A DNA stretch of 24,000 nucleotides from assembly GCA_040220895.1 (NCBI GenBank), contig JAVJVY010000009.1:48362-72361 (forward strand). The letters are read 5' to 3'. A program made the position numbers and the translations under genes. Position 1 is the stretch's first letter; every line of letters starts with the position of its first letter. Shown piece after piece: positions 15,801 to 22,068 of this stretch. The stretch is from Vicingaceae bacterium. GTDB lineage: Bacteria; Bacteroidota; Bacteroidia; Flavobacteriales_E; Vicingaceae. The notes under the pieces were generated by a model that saw nothing but the letters and a program-made list of their open reading frames with translations, searched no databases and was not told the DNA's origin.

Positions 15801-17591
15801 ACTCTGAGATGTACAACCGATCTTAATGGTAAATCCTTGTCGCAGCGTAGAAGCCGAACCCGTTGAAAGGAGGTTAAATCCAAGAGAGGTAATGCTCTTG
15901 GAATTGGTCAAAGCGGCGAGTTCCGAAGCCAAAATGATGTATTGCTTCTTTTGACCCGGATTATTTCCAAAACCATTCGCGTCGTATGGACTGATGGTCA
16001 CCCCACCGGAGGGAAAGCTGGATGTACCCGAAAAGGTCAAGTCAGACTGATTGGTGCAGCTAATCCAATTGTATGCCTGACATCCCACCGCACTGGTGCT
16101 TATGTCTATGGGCAAAGAATCACCGGCGCAAATCGTGGTGTCTTGAGTAAGAATGGCCGTATTAACCGGTGGGTTTAAACTGACACTGAAACTATCTGTT
16201 CTTTCACAACCGGCTGTGCTCTTTATTGAGAGATATACCACAGCGTCTGCTGTAAAATAAGCTGTAGTGTTGGGCAAGGTGTCATTTGTGATTAATGCTC
16301 CAGACGACCATTGATAGCTGGCTCCTGGCCCGGCATTATCTGTGGATATCAATGGAATCGTATCGGCTTCACATAAGGCCGTATCACTGTTAACGGTAAA
16401 CGCAAAGCTATTACCCACGACAATCTCAGAGGTATCAACCACCAAACAACCGTTTGCATCAGTGATCGTGGCAATATAAGTGGTTGTTGATGTTGGACTG
16501 GCCTTTGGCGATCGAATAACGGCTGAAGACAAGCCGGCAGTTGGTGTCCAAGTGTAAGTAAGCGTATCGGTATGAACCAGGTCGCAAAATTTAAAACGAG
16601 TGTTAGGCCTACGGTTTATGTTTTGGCCAGAATTAACTCCGCAAACATTGCTATTCGCCACTTGGTAGCGCATTACATTTTGTCCTGTTATAATTTCATA
16701 TTGAATAAAAGGCGTACCATTCGATGCAGAAGCATTCACATAGCACAATTCAACCACTAAATTGCTCTCCCCATCCCAACGAAAAGCATTGTCAAATACA
16801 AATTCTCTCCAGCCACTTCCGCTGATGACCGTTGTTTTAGGGATGTAGACATTCGACAGCCCACCTTGCCAATTTCCAAACACCGAATCGTTAGTACAGC
16901 CTATGTTAATTCGCAAATTGTCGTAGGTCTGACTGCCGGTAAACAAATTGAAATTGAAGAAAAGCGAAGTAAGATTGGTAGGGCCGGTTACACCAACATT
17001 GGTAAGGTCGTTTTTGGTGAAAATGAACTGCCGCTTGTTACTTCGAACTTGTTGAAAAAAATTATTGACTTTATAAAATGGATTCTCAAACTGAGACCCT
17101 CCCCAAAAGGTGCCTGAACCTACTGTTCCGGTTGTCGTGGTAGTTAAGCAAGTGCCGGGGACCACTGCACAAAGCGCCGTATTTGTGATTTTGAGTTGCA
17201 CGCTGTCACCTCCGCATATGGTGTCCCTTTGGGGAATTATTCCAACTGGAGGCGGAACGTTTTGCACAGTGATAGTAACGACATCAGTGACCGTATCAGA
17301 AGTTGGGGTGTTTATTACGGTAACAGTGTAAATTGTGGAAGAGCTTGGCGTTGCCACAGGACTGGCAATGTTCGCGTTGTTTAGGCCCGTGGCAGGTGAC
17401 CAAGTATACGTATAACTGCTGCCCCCCGATGGGGTGGTAAAAAGTTGAACAGAGCTTCCGGGGCAAATGGTGGTGTCAGCGCTCGAAACAGTTGTTATTT
17501 GCGCAATTAGATCTGTGGAGCAAAGTATTGTAAGCACCGCAGGCAAAACAAATGCCTTTAAAAAGCCATGAGTCGAAAAATGTCCATTCAT
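12861..17591 (-). CDS. Giant (1576 aa) cell-surface repeat protein with a T9SS type B C-terminal domain (SprB-class adhesin-like)
   Basis: The signal peptide is ...VLPAVLTILCSTDLIAQ. Many Ig-like repeats of about 80 aa follow the pattern C-x-G-D-S..L ... Y-x-W-x-P..GL ... NP ... T-x-Y ... GC..D. There are three inserted modules of about 190 aa. The C-terminus is a gliding-motility/CHU_C-type domain. Confidence 0.9.
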   Translation of the reverse strand: MNGHFSTHGFLKAFVLPAVLTILCSTDLIAQITTVSSADTTICPGSSVQLFTTPSGGSSYTYTWSPATGLNNANIASPVATPSSSTIYTVTVINTPTSDTVTDVVTITVQNVPPPVGIIPQRDTICGGDSVQLKITNTALCAVVPGTCLTTTTTGTVGSGTFWGGSQFENPFYKVNNFFQQVRSNKRQFIFTKNDLTNVGVTGPTNLTSLFFNFNLFTGSQTYDNLRINIGCTNDSVFGNWQGGLSNVYIPKTTVISGSGWREFVFDNAFRWDGESNLVVELCYVNASASNGTPFIQYEIITGQNVMRYQVANSNVCGVNSGQNINRRPNTRFKFCDLVHTDTLTYTWTPTAGLSSAVIRSPKASPTSTTTYIATITDANGCLVVDTSEIVVGNSFAFTVNSDTALCEADTIPLISTDNAGPGASYQWSSGALITNDTLPNTTAYFTADAVVYLSIKSTAGCERTDSFSVSLNPPVNTAILTQDTTICAGDSLPIDISTSAVGCQAYNWISCTNQSDLTFSGTSSFPSGGVTISPYDANGFGNNPGQKKQYIILASELAALTNSKSITSLGFNLLSTGSASTLRQGFTIKIGCTSQSSFTGFGSIPFIQSTQTVYTPKNINISSGWNDYAFDAPYVWDGTSNLVVEVCWQNTSSLGFTFTTMNYTILAANRTAMKWNSPPFCSDTVANFGTTVRPEMRLKYCASPPNQAYSYQWTPAAGLDNDTIPNVKASPSASTPYELRVTDPQTGCFDLDTIDITVAPNFNTTTTADSILCIEDSVQLNASHTSSNPVTYLWSPAALVSSTSVSNPYIFVNDAITILSEIKSSLGCIKWDTLNFGVQDALDINLSSAAGPNCEGDSLRLFANPLLGCGKSNSSLCNASSTMNIGTQTFTSSQFNITPFVSSDLSGRKQFLITAAEIASAGLNTSGQISSLSFDISNLGKDDYQNFRIKMGCTSSNSLSTTFTGGLATVFEPKDIILVNGINWFDFDNRFNWDGLSNVVVEVCYQNSALGISSEVRYSQPFPVFNCVSYNRGNSVCSNNSASLYNRRANIGFKYCSYVPNSFSYDWSPSNLFDNPTLKNPKALMDSPGRYYLDLTDLTTGCILTDSIDLSLISFDVDAQKDTTLCNTTDYPLSVTTNAADPKYFWYPGWEVSNDTIPNPSVTVKNGSFYSVMVIDTSGCIKSDTVFINLLPNPAAVVSASRNVCRDEIVQLQGSGGGTYNWTPAAALDDASIPNPVARVNETTTFVLGVTNSFGCTDEDSLTLTVYPSPLLDLGPDTNYCLGGFLKLKAGPDFASYAWQDNSSDSVLLVLGDGQYWVRVTDAFNCTFTDTVEIGLAPLPKTDIRFFTEICEGDSAILDASNAGSAYSWSTGETSQQIVVRTPGFYWVEINDGTCIGRDSTNLVVYEYPVSELPRTAVFCKKENPFGITLSAGGEDYRYKWDNGQVTPSITVSEEGTYGVTIINGRVCEVRSFSKVVEYCTEKIFVPNAFTPNNDQINDIFSISALNLDDFEFHIYNRWGELIYLTKNPNFTWDGTKDGKPVPSDTYVWKIFYKIKEADGNIASKEEKGSLNLIR
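12864..13151 (-). other. T9SS type B CTD (gliding motility-associated C-terminal domain) of the giant protein
   Basis: aa 1481-1576 read CTEKIFVPNAFTPNNDQINDIFSI...FHIYNRWGELIY...WDGTKDGKPVPSDTYVWKIFYK...GSLNLIR. Confidence 0.88.
14421..14984 (-). repeat. Unrecognised Cys-bracketed module, copy 3 (aa 870-1057)
   Basis: Sequence: CGKSNSSLC...RKQFLITAAEI...ISSLSFDI...NFRIKMGCT...INWFDFDNRFNWDGLSNVVVEVCYQN...RRANIGFKYC. Confidence 0.7.
15486..16082 (-). repeat. Unrecognised Cys-bracketed module, copy 2 (aa 504-702)
   Basis: Sequence: CQAYNWISC...KKQYIILASEL...ITSLGFNL...GFTIKIGCT...GWNDYAFDAPYVWDGTSNLVVEVCWQN...VRPEMRLKYC. Confidence 0.7.
16584..17171 (-). repeat. Unrecognised Cys-bracketed module, copy 1 (aa 141-336 of the giant protein)
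   Basis: Sequence: CAVVPGTC...KRQFIFTKNDL...LTSLFFNF...NLRINIGCT...GWREFVFDNAFRWDGESNLVVELCYVN...RRPNTRFKFC. Confidence 0.7.
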
Positions 17592-17642
17592 TGCAATGAG
17601 CGCGCTTAATTACGACTCCATACCCTTCTGCCAAGGATGGTG

Positions 17643-17650
17643 CAAAGATA
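17643..17650 (-). promoter_or_regulatory. Candidate internal -7 promoter box (TATCTTTG) upstream of the giant adhesin gene
   Basis: Exact TAnnTTTG match on the minus strand, 52 nt upstream of the ATG at 17591, in the only sizeable (72 bp) gap of the four-gene T9SS cluster. Confidence 0.4.
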
Positions 17651-17663
17651 CTGAAATGATAGC

Positions 17664-18308
17664 CTATTTTGGCTCTTGTGTGGGAACATCAATAAATTCC
17701 CCGTCCAAAAGCGCAACACGGTATAAAAAAGGATCGACGGGTTCAGAAATGAACTCGAACTTTCCTGAGATATAGCCGTTCACGTCATCGCGACTGGTAA
17801 TGCTGATCACACCGCTTTGCAACCTGGCGGATCCCGGTGTTACGCCGGGAGCGAAAGAAACATAGCGTTCATACGTTTCCAGATTTGATACCTCATAAAC
17901 ACCACGCTCCAATGACCTCGGAATTTTAAATGCCATGGATATAAAACCTGAGTTATTTGGGAAAGTGTCTGACGCAATTACAATGATGTTATCCGGATCG
18001 GTGGTATTATTGACTTGGACATACCTGGCTGTCCAGAATCGATTTTGCGTCTTATTGCTGTCTATGATCCATGTGCTGTCAACGGTTACTGTCAGCGCAG
18101 GATTACCAACCTCACATGGCGCACAGCTAGGTCCACCGCAATCCACTTTGTATTCGGTTCCATTCTGAATTTTATCGGTACAAGAAGCTCCTTCAACTGC
18201 GGGATACGTTTCCACCGGGCCTTCTTTGACGCAGGAATTCAAGGCCACCGCAGCTATAGTCAATACCATGGCCGCATACTTATAAGTTGATTTAAACATT
18301 GTTTTCAT
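17664..18308 (-). CDS. Putative lipoprotein with an N-terminal four-Cys mini-domain and a beta-rich C-terminal domain
   Basis: The signal peptide and lipobox-like segment is AAVALNSC (Cys26). A C-x13-C-x4-C-x2-C motif follows (CTDKIQNGTEYKVDCGGPSCAPC, nt 18114-18182). The C-terminal part ends ISITSRDDVNGYISGKFEFIS...LLDGEFIDVP, which recalls lipocalin-like Bacteroidota lipoprotein domains. No firm family assignment. Confidence 0.65.
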   Translation of the reverse strand: MKTMFKSTYKYAAMVLTIAAVALNSCVKEGPVETYPAVEGASCTDKIQNGTEYKVDCGGPSCAPCEVGNPALTVTVDSTWIIDSNKTQNRFWTARYVQVNNTTDPDNIIVIASDTFPNNSGFISMAFKIPRSLERGVYEVSNLETYERYVSFAPGVTPGSARLQSGVISITSRDDVNGYISGKFEFISEPVDPFLYRVALLDGEFIDVPTQEPK

Positions 18309-18316
18309 CGTTAGAA

Positions 18317-19387
18317 TTAAAAGAATTCTGTGTTACCTTTTCTGGGCAGCAGGGTTCGTTCCTTCCAGAAACTTGAATAGGTCAGGACGAACTCGAGTGC
18401 ACCCCTCTTTTTGACAAAGCTAGTTCCGGCTTCACCCGAAATATCCATATCATAAGAGATGCCCAAATCTATGTTCTGCCTGAGGTCAACTTTCATAAGT
18501 AAGACCAGGTCCTTAGTTGTTCTATAGAAAATTCCGGCATAAAACGCAGAAGACTTTTTAATGTGTGTCATTCGGGAATCGAAGGACAAGTAAAATTTGG
18601 AGATCACACCGACCGTAGTTTCGCTTACGTAAGATCTGGAACGATACATAACGTGTGGCATCAATGACATGGTCGTATTGGGTATGAACCATTCAGCCGC
18701 CGTGTGAAACACCATCTGCATTGGCACATTTTCAACCAAGCGGTTGTCAAAATTACTTTCGGGCTCATTGACCTGATTAAGGGCAAATCCGGCATTCAAT
18801 TTTAAATGATCTTCTTTCGCGTAGTTCCAAAGCAAGCCTACTGAGATTGGCGTATAATTTGCCTTCTCATTATTGGCCAATGGATCTGAAAAAGCGTTTG
18901 GGTCATAGGAAGCGCTTCCTTCATCAAACTGGCTTTCCCACCTGAAATTTGAATAATTTACCGATCGCGTTGCCTGTCCAACCTTGGTGCCAAGTGTCAA
19001 GTGATGCAATTCGCCAATTCTAAGGTTATACGACAACATCAGATTAATTTCCTGAAGACCCAAGTCCCCTTCACCCGCTTTGTCATTTAAAAAATTCAAC
19101 CCTGCACCAAAAAATGATTTTCTTTCACTGCCATCCGATTTTTTATACTTTGCTATACCCATGTCCCAAGAGGCAAAAATGGTGGTAAATGGATCTGCAG
19201 CACTGTATTGACTTTGACGATAATCCATAATAAAGCGATAATCCCCTCCAAACGCTCCTGTGGAGGCGGGGTTTATTGCAGGCATTACCGTATAGTATTG
19301 TGAGTAATTGATGTCCTGAGCCGTGACCGATCCAACCATCAATACGGCCAGTGCCGCTAAACCTTTTCTAATAAATCTCATCTTCAT
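18317..19387 (-). CDS. PorP/SprF-family type IX secretion system outer-membrane protein
   Basis: 356 aa. After the signal peptide comes the family N-terminal signature QDINYSQYYTVMPAINPASTG. An alternating beta-barrel-like pattern runs to a C-terminal F. It lies directly after a type B CTD cargo gene (16-nt gap), like the sprB-sprF arrangement. Confidence 0.85.
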   Translation of the reverse strand: MKMRFIRKGLAALAVLMVGSVTAQDINYSQYYTVMPAINPASTGAFGGDYRFIMDYRQSQYSAADPFTTIFASWDMGIAKYKKSDGSERKSFFGAGLNFLNDKAGEGDLGLQEINLMLSYNLRIGELHHLTLGTKVGQATRSVNYSNFRWESQFDEGSASYDPNAFSDPLANNEKANYTPISVGLLWNYAKEDHLKLNAGFALNQVNEPESNFDNRLVENVPMQMVFHTAAEWFIPNTTMSLMPHVMYRSRSYVSETTVGVISKFYLSFDSRMTHIKKSSAFYAGIFYRTTKDLVLLMKVDLRQNIDLGISYDMDISGEAGTSFVKKRGALEFVLTYSSFWKERTLLPRKGNTEFF

Positions 19388-19403
19388 CTGCCTCTATGTT
19401 ATG

Positions 19404-21956
19404 CTACCTGATCAAAGATATTTGTCCGGCCTGTTCGATAGGAATACCTGACTGAAACGGCCTTGCTATCATTTTCCACAAGTAAACGTCTTTTGAAAGT
19501 AATTCGCCATCGACAGTTCCGTCCCATCCACCATCAAGGTCGCGACTTTCGTAAACTGCTCGGCCAAATCGATCATAAATTTGGAATTCCATGCTTTTAA
19601 TTCCTTTTGTTTTGACCACTAATTCATCGTTAAAGCCATCTCCATTTGGCGAGAAGGCAGTAGGCACAAAGATCACAATGCGCGGGTTCAAACTAACAAC
19701 AATGGAATCAGCATTCTCACAACCATTCGAATCAGTACCAATAACATAGTAGGTCCTGCTTTGTGGGTTTTGCCTATTGTAGATTGGTGTGGCTATCGGC
19801 CGGTTGCAATCCTGGCAACTCAATTCATCGTTGTTGATGGCCGACCAGAAATACGAATTTCCGGCATAAGCTCGCAGTATCAGATTGTCTCCAAGGAATA
19901 TGGTGGTGTCAACGCCCGTATTGATCAATGGAAGCGGATTAACCACGATTTCTGTGGCAGTTGTATCCGACGAACATTGATTGCCATCTCCGTCCAGATC
20001 CGACAAAGCAATGACCGAATATGGTGTATTGACAGTGGGATTCACCATAATCGAAGCAGTAGTAACGGCAGGATTAAGCCATTGATACGTCGTGGCTCCC
20101 ACAGCGGTGAGTGTAGCGGTGTCCCCTATGCAAATATTCGTGTCACCCTGAATGTCTGCCTGTGCGGGTTGAATGACGGTGATCTGTACACTGACGGTGT
20201 CAATGCAATTTGCACTGGCTGCCACAAAAGGATAAAAGAAATTCGTGTCGGGATTGAAAATATAATCTCCACCGATTTGGGTGAATCTATAATTGAAGAA
20301 AGATTGCAAGTTGAATACCGTGGGAACAGATGAGTAATTCATAATGGCCGAATCACCTGAACAGATCTTAATCTCAATGTTGGCGGAATCAAGCACTGGC
20401 GCAGACGGAGCAGGCACTGAGGTCATTTGAATGGTAGGTACGGGGAATATGGTCACGTTCTGGGTTGCTGAATTTTGACAACCGTTGGTGTCTGTATAGG
20501 TATACGTTATGTTGAAGCTTCCAGGGCCGAGTTGTCCGGTAATAATCGTATCACCGTCAGCGGAAATACCCGGTCCGCTAAAGGTTCCTCCGACAGGATT
20601 TACATAGGTGGAGGTATTCAGGTTTCTGCGACCCGAGTTTTCGCATAAATTCGAGACTGAATTAAAAACAACTGCAGGGATTGGGTTGACAACGATGTTC
20701 TGTGAGACACAGGTTTCACAATTGTTCGGGCCAGTATAACAATAAGTAATGGTATGCGTGCCGGCTCCGGCGATGGTCGGATCGAAATAAAATGCCCCAG
20801 GTATTCCCGAAACTCCAGTACCTGAATAAGTCCCCCCTGCTGGAGTTCCCTGATTCAATAGGATCTGGTTATCATTCGCACATGGCGAAGGAAAGGCATT
20901 CAGAGTCACAGTCGGGTTCTGATTGACCAAAATGGAATCTATGGCGAAGTTTGAGCAAACACCGTCAAAAAAGTTAAACGTTATGACATTCCAACCAACA
21001 TTACCCGGGTCGGGATCAAAAGTTCCAAGAACAGTATCCACCCCATTTCCTGTGAACCATGCAGTCGGCCAACCCGAGGTGCTGGGTGACTGACCGGTTA
21101 TACCATATGCCCCGTCAAATTCGCAGGCAAATTTTTGCGCTGCTGGAATGCTCAAAGAAACCGTAGGAAGAGCTCTGACATGAACTTGCGTTGAGGCCGT
21201 GTCTGTGCAGTTGTTTCCATTGATGAAATAGTACTTGATGGTATGGTTCCCAACACCTGCGTTTCCTATATTGAAATTGGATCCGCTAATCCCCGGCCCT
21301 GTCAAGGTGCCTCCACTCGGTCCGGTTGTGACGGGCACACTCTGTGGAATTTGGTTAGAGCAATAAGCCGTATCAAGGCCTGAGATACTGGCAGCAGTTA
21401 CCGAATTGACGATGACACTTATCGAGGCGGTATCTGAACATCCTGTGGTACTGTTGGTAAAGGTATAGCTAAGCTGATACGGAGAACCACCGGAGCCAAC
21501 GGTTGGGCCGAAATTTCCCGAACCACTGCTCACGCCTGATCCAAAATAAAAGCCGGTTCCGCCCGTTGTGGGAAGCCCCCCGGTAAGCGCAATACTGTCT
21601 TGATTCTCACAGTATGGCCCCAAAGTAGAAAATGTTACGTTGGGAGTCGCATTCACGGTAATGGTTACAAAAGCAGTGTCAGAACAACTATTGGCCGTGT
21701 AACCCAGGGTATGAGTTCCGACTCCGGCCGAAATGGGAGAAAAGTTATAAGGACCCGAGCCTATAACACCTGGGCCAAAATACACACCGGGAGAAGGTGT
21801 CCCGCCGCTCAACAACGTCAAGCCGCTATTAGTACACTGATTGGGATAGGTAGTGTTCCATTGAGAACACTGCGCTGTTCCTTCAAAATATCCAAACAAC
21901 AAAACGCCGACAACGGCGATGCTGCGAAGTGGGAAAATCGTTTTAATTCTAGCCAT
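19404..21956 (-). CDS. 850-aa cell-surface repeat protein with a T9SS type B C-terminal domain
   Basis: It has a signal peptide, six repeats of about 80 aa (G-x-G-V/I-S ... F-x-P ... G-x-G-x-H-x-I-x-Y ... C), two Ig-like C-x-G-D ... Y-x-W repeats, and then a type B CTD. Confidence 0.88.
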   Translation of the reverse strand: MARIKTIFPLRSIAVVGVLLFGYFEGTAQCSQWNTTYPNQCTNSGLTLLSGGTPSPGVYFGPGVIGSGPYNFSPISAGVGTHTLGYTANSCSDTAFVTITVNATPNVTFSTLGPYCENQDSIALTGGLPTTGGTGFYFGSGVSSGSGNFGPTVGSGGSPYQLSYTFTNSTTGCSDTASISVIVNSVTAASISGLDTAYCSNQIPQSVPVTTGPSGGTLTGPGISGSNFNIGNAGVGNHTIKYYFINGNNCTDTASTQVHVRALPTVSLSIPAAQKFACEFDGAYGITGQSPSTSGWPTAWFTGNGVDTVLGTFDPDPGNVGWNVITFNFFDGVCSNFAIDSILVNQNPTVTLNAFPSPCANDNQILLNQGTPAGGTYSGTGVSGIPGAFYFDPTIAGAGTHTITYCYTGPNNCETCVSQNIVVNPIPAVVFNSVSNLCENSGRRNLNTSTYVNPVGGTFSGPGISADGDTIITGQLGPGSFNITYTYTDTNGCQNSATQNVTIFPVPTIQMTSVPAPSAPVLDSANIEIKICSGDSAIMNYSSVPTVFNLQSFFNYRFTQIGGDYIFNPDTNFFYPFVAASANCIDTVSVQITVIQPAQADIQGDTNICIGDTATLTAVGATTYQWLNPAVTTASIMVNPTVNTPYSVIALSDLDGDGNQCSSDTTATEIVVNPLPLINTGVDTTIFLGDNLILRAYAGNSYFWSAINNDELSCQDCNRPIATPIYNRQNPQSRTYYVIGTDSNGCENADSIVVSLNPRIVIFVPTAFSPNGDGFNDELVVKTKGIKSMEFQIYDRFGRAVYESRDLDGGWDGTVDGELLSKDVYLWKMIARPFQSGIPIEQAGQISLIR
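19407..19685 (-). other. T9SS type B CTD of the 850-aa protein
   Basis: aa 758-850 read PRIVIFVPTAFSPNGDGFNDELVV...FQIYDRFGRAVYES...WDGTVDGELLSKDVYLWKMIA...GQISLIR. Confidence 0.88.
20442..21869 (-). repeat. Six tandem protein-level repeats of about 80 aa in the 850-aa adhesin
   Basis: The repeat-initial Cys residues fall near aa 41, 116, 199, 278, 359 and 438. Each unit has L-x-G-G-x-P-x-G-G-x-Y/F-x-G-x-G-V/I, then F-x-P-x-x-x-G-x-G-x-H-x-I/L-x-Y, then a Cys and V-x-V-N-x-x-P. Confidence 0.65.
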
Positions 21957-22068
21957 AATTCTGTTCTAATTCAGCTCTCCTCAGGTTGGTCGTAAAACTG
22001 CTACTAAAGTATGAAATTATTTAATTTTATATAGACGTCTGACACTCAGTAAAAGTTGCCCCCTAGAG

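Noticed and set aside
13844-17384. About a dozen 60-130 aa ORFs on the plus strand (and off-frame on the minus strand) inside the giant adhesin gene
   Set aside because: They lie entirely within a 4.7-kb ORF that has strong, repeated protein-level signal. Their translations are low-complexity or Arg/Cys-rich, as is typical of antisense frames, and none has a recognisable motif.
19761-21995. Plus-strand ORFs of 190 aa and 131 aa antisense to the 850-aa adhesin
   Set aside because: Same reasoning as above: they are antisense shadows of a well-supported long CDS and have no family signatures.
21957-22068. Promoter search upstream of the 850-aa adhesin gene
   Set aside because: The best candidates (TACTTTAG, TAATTTCA on the minus strand) each miss the TAnnTTTG consensus by at least one base, so I did not call one.
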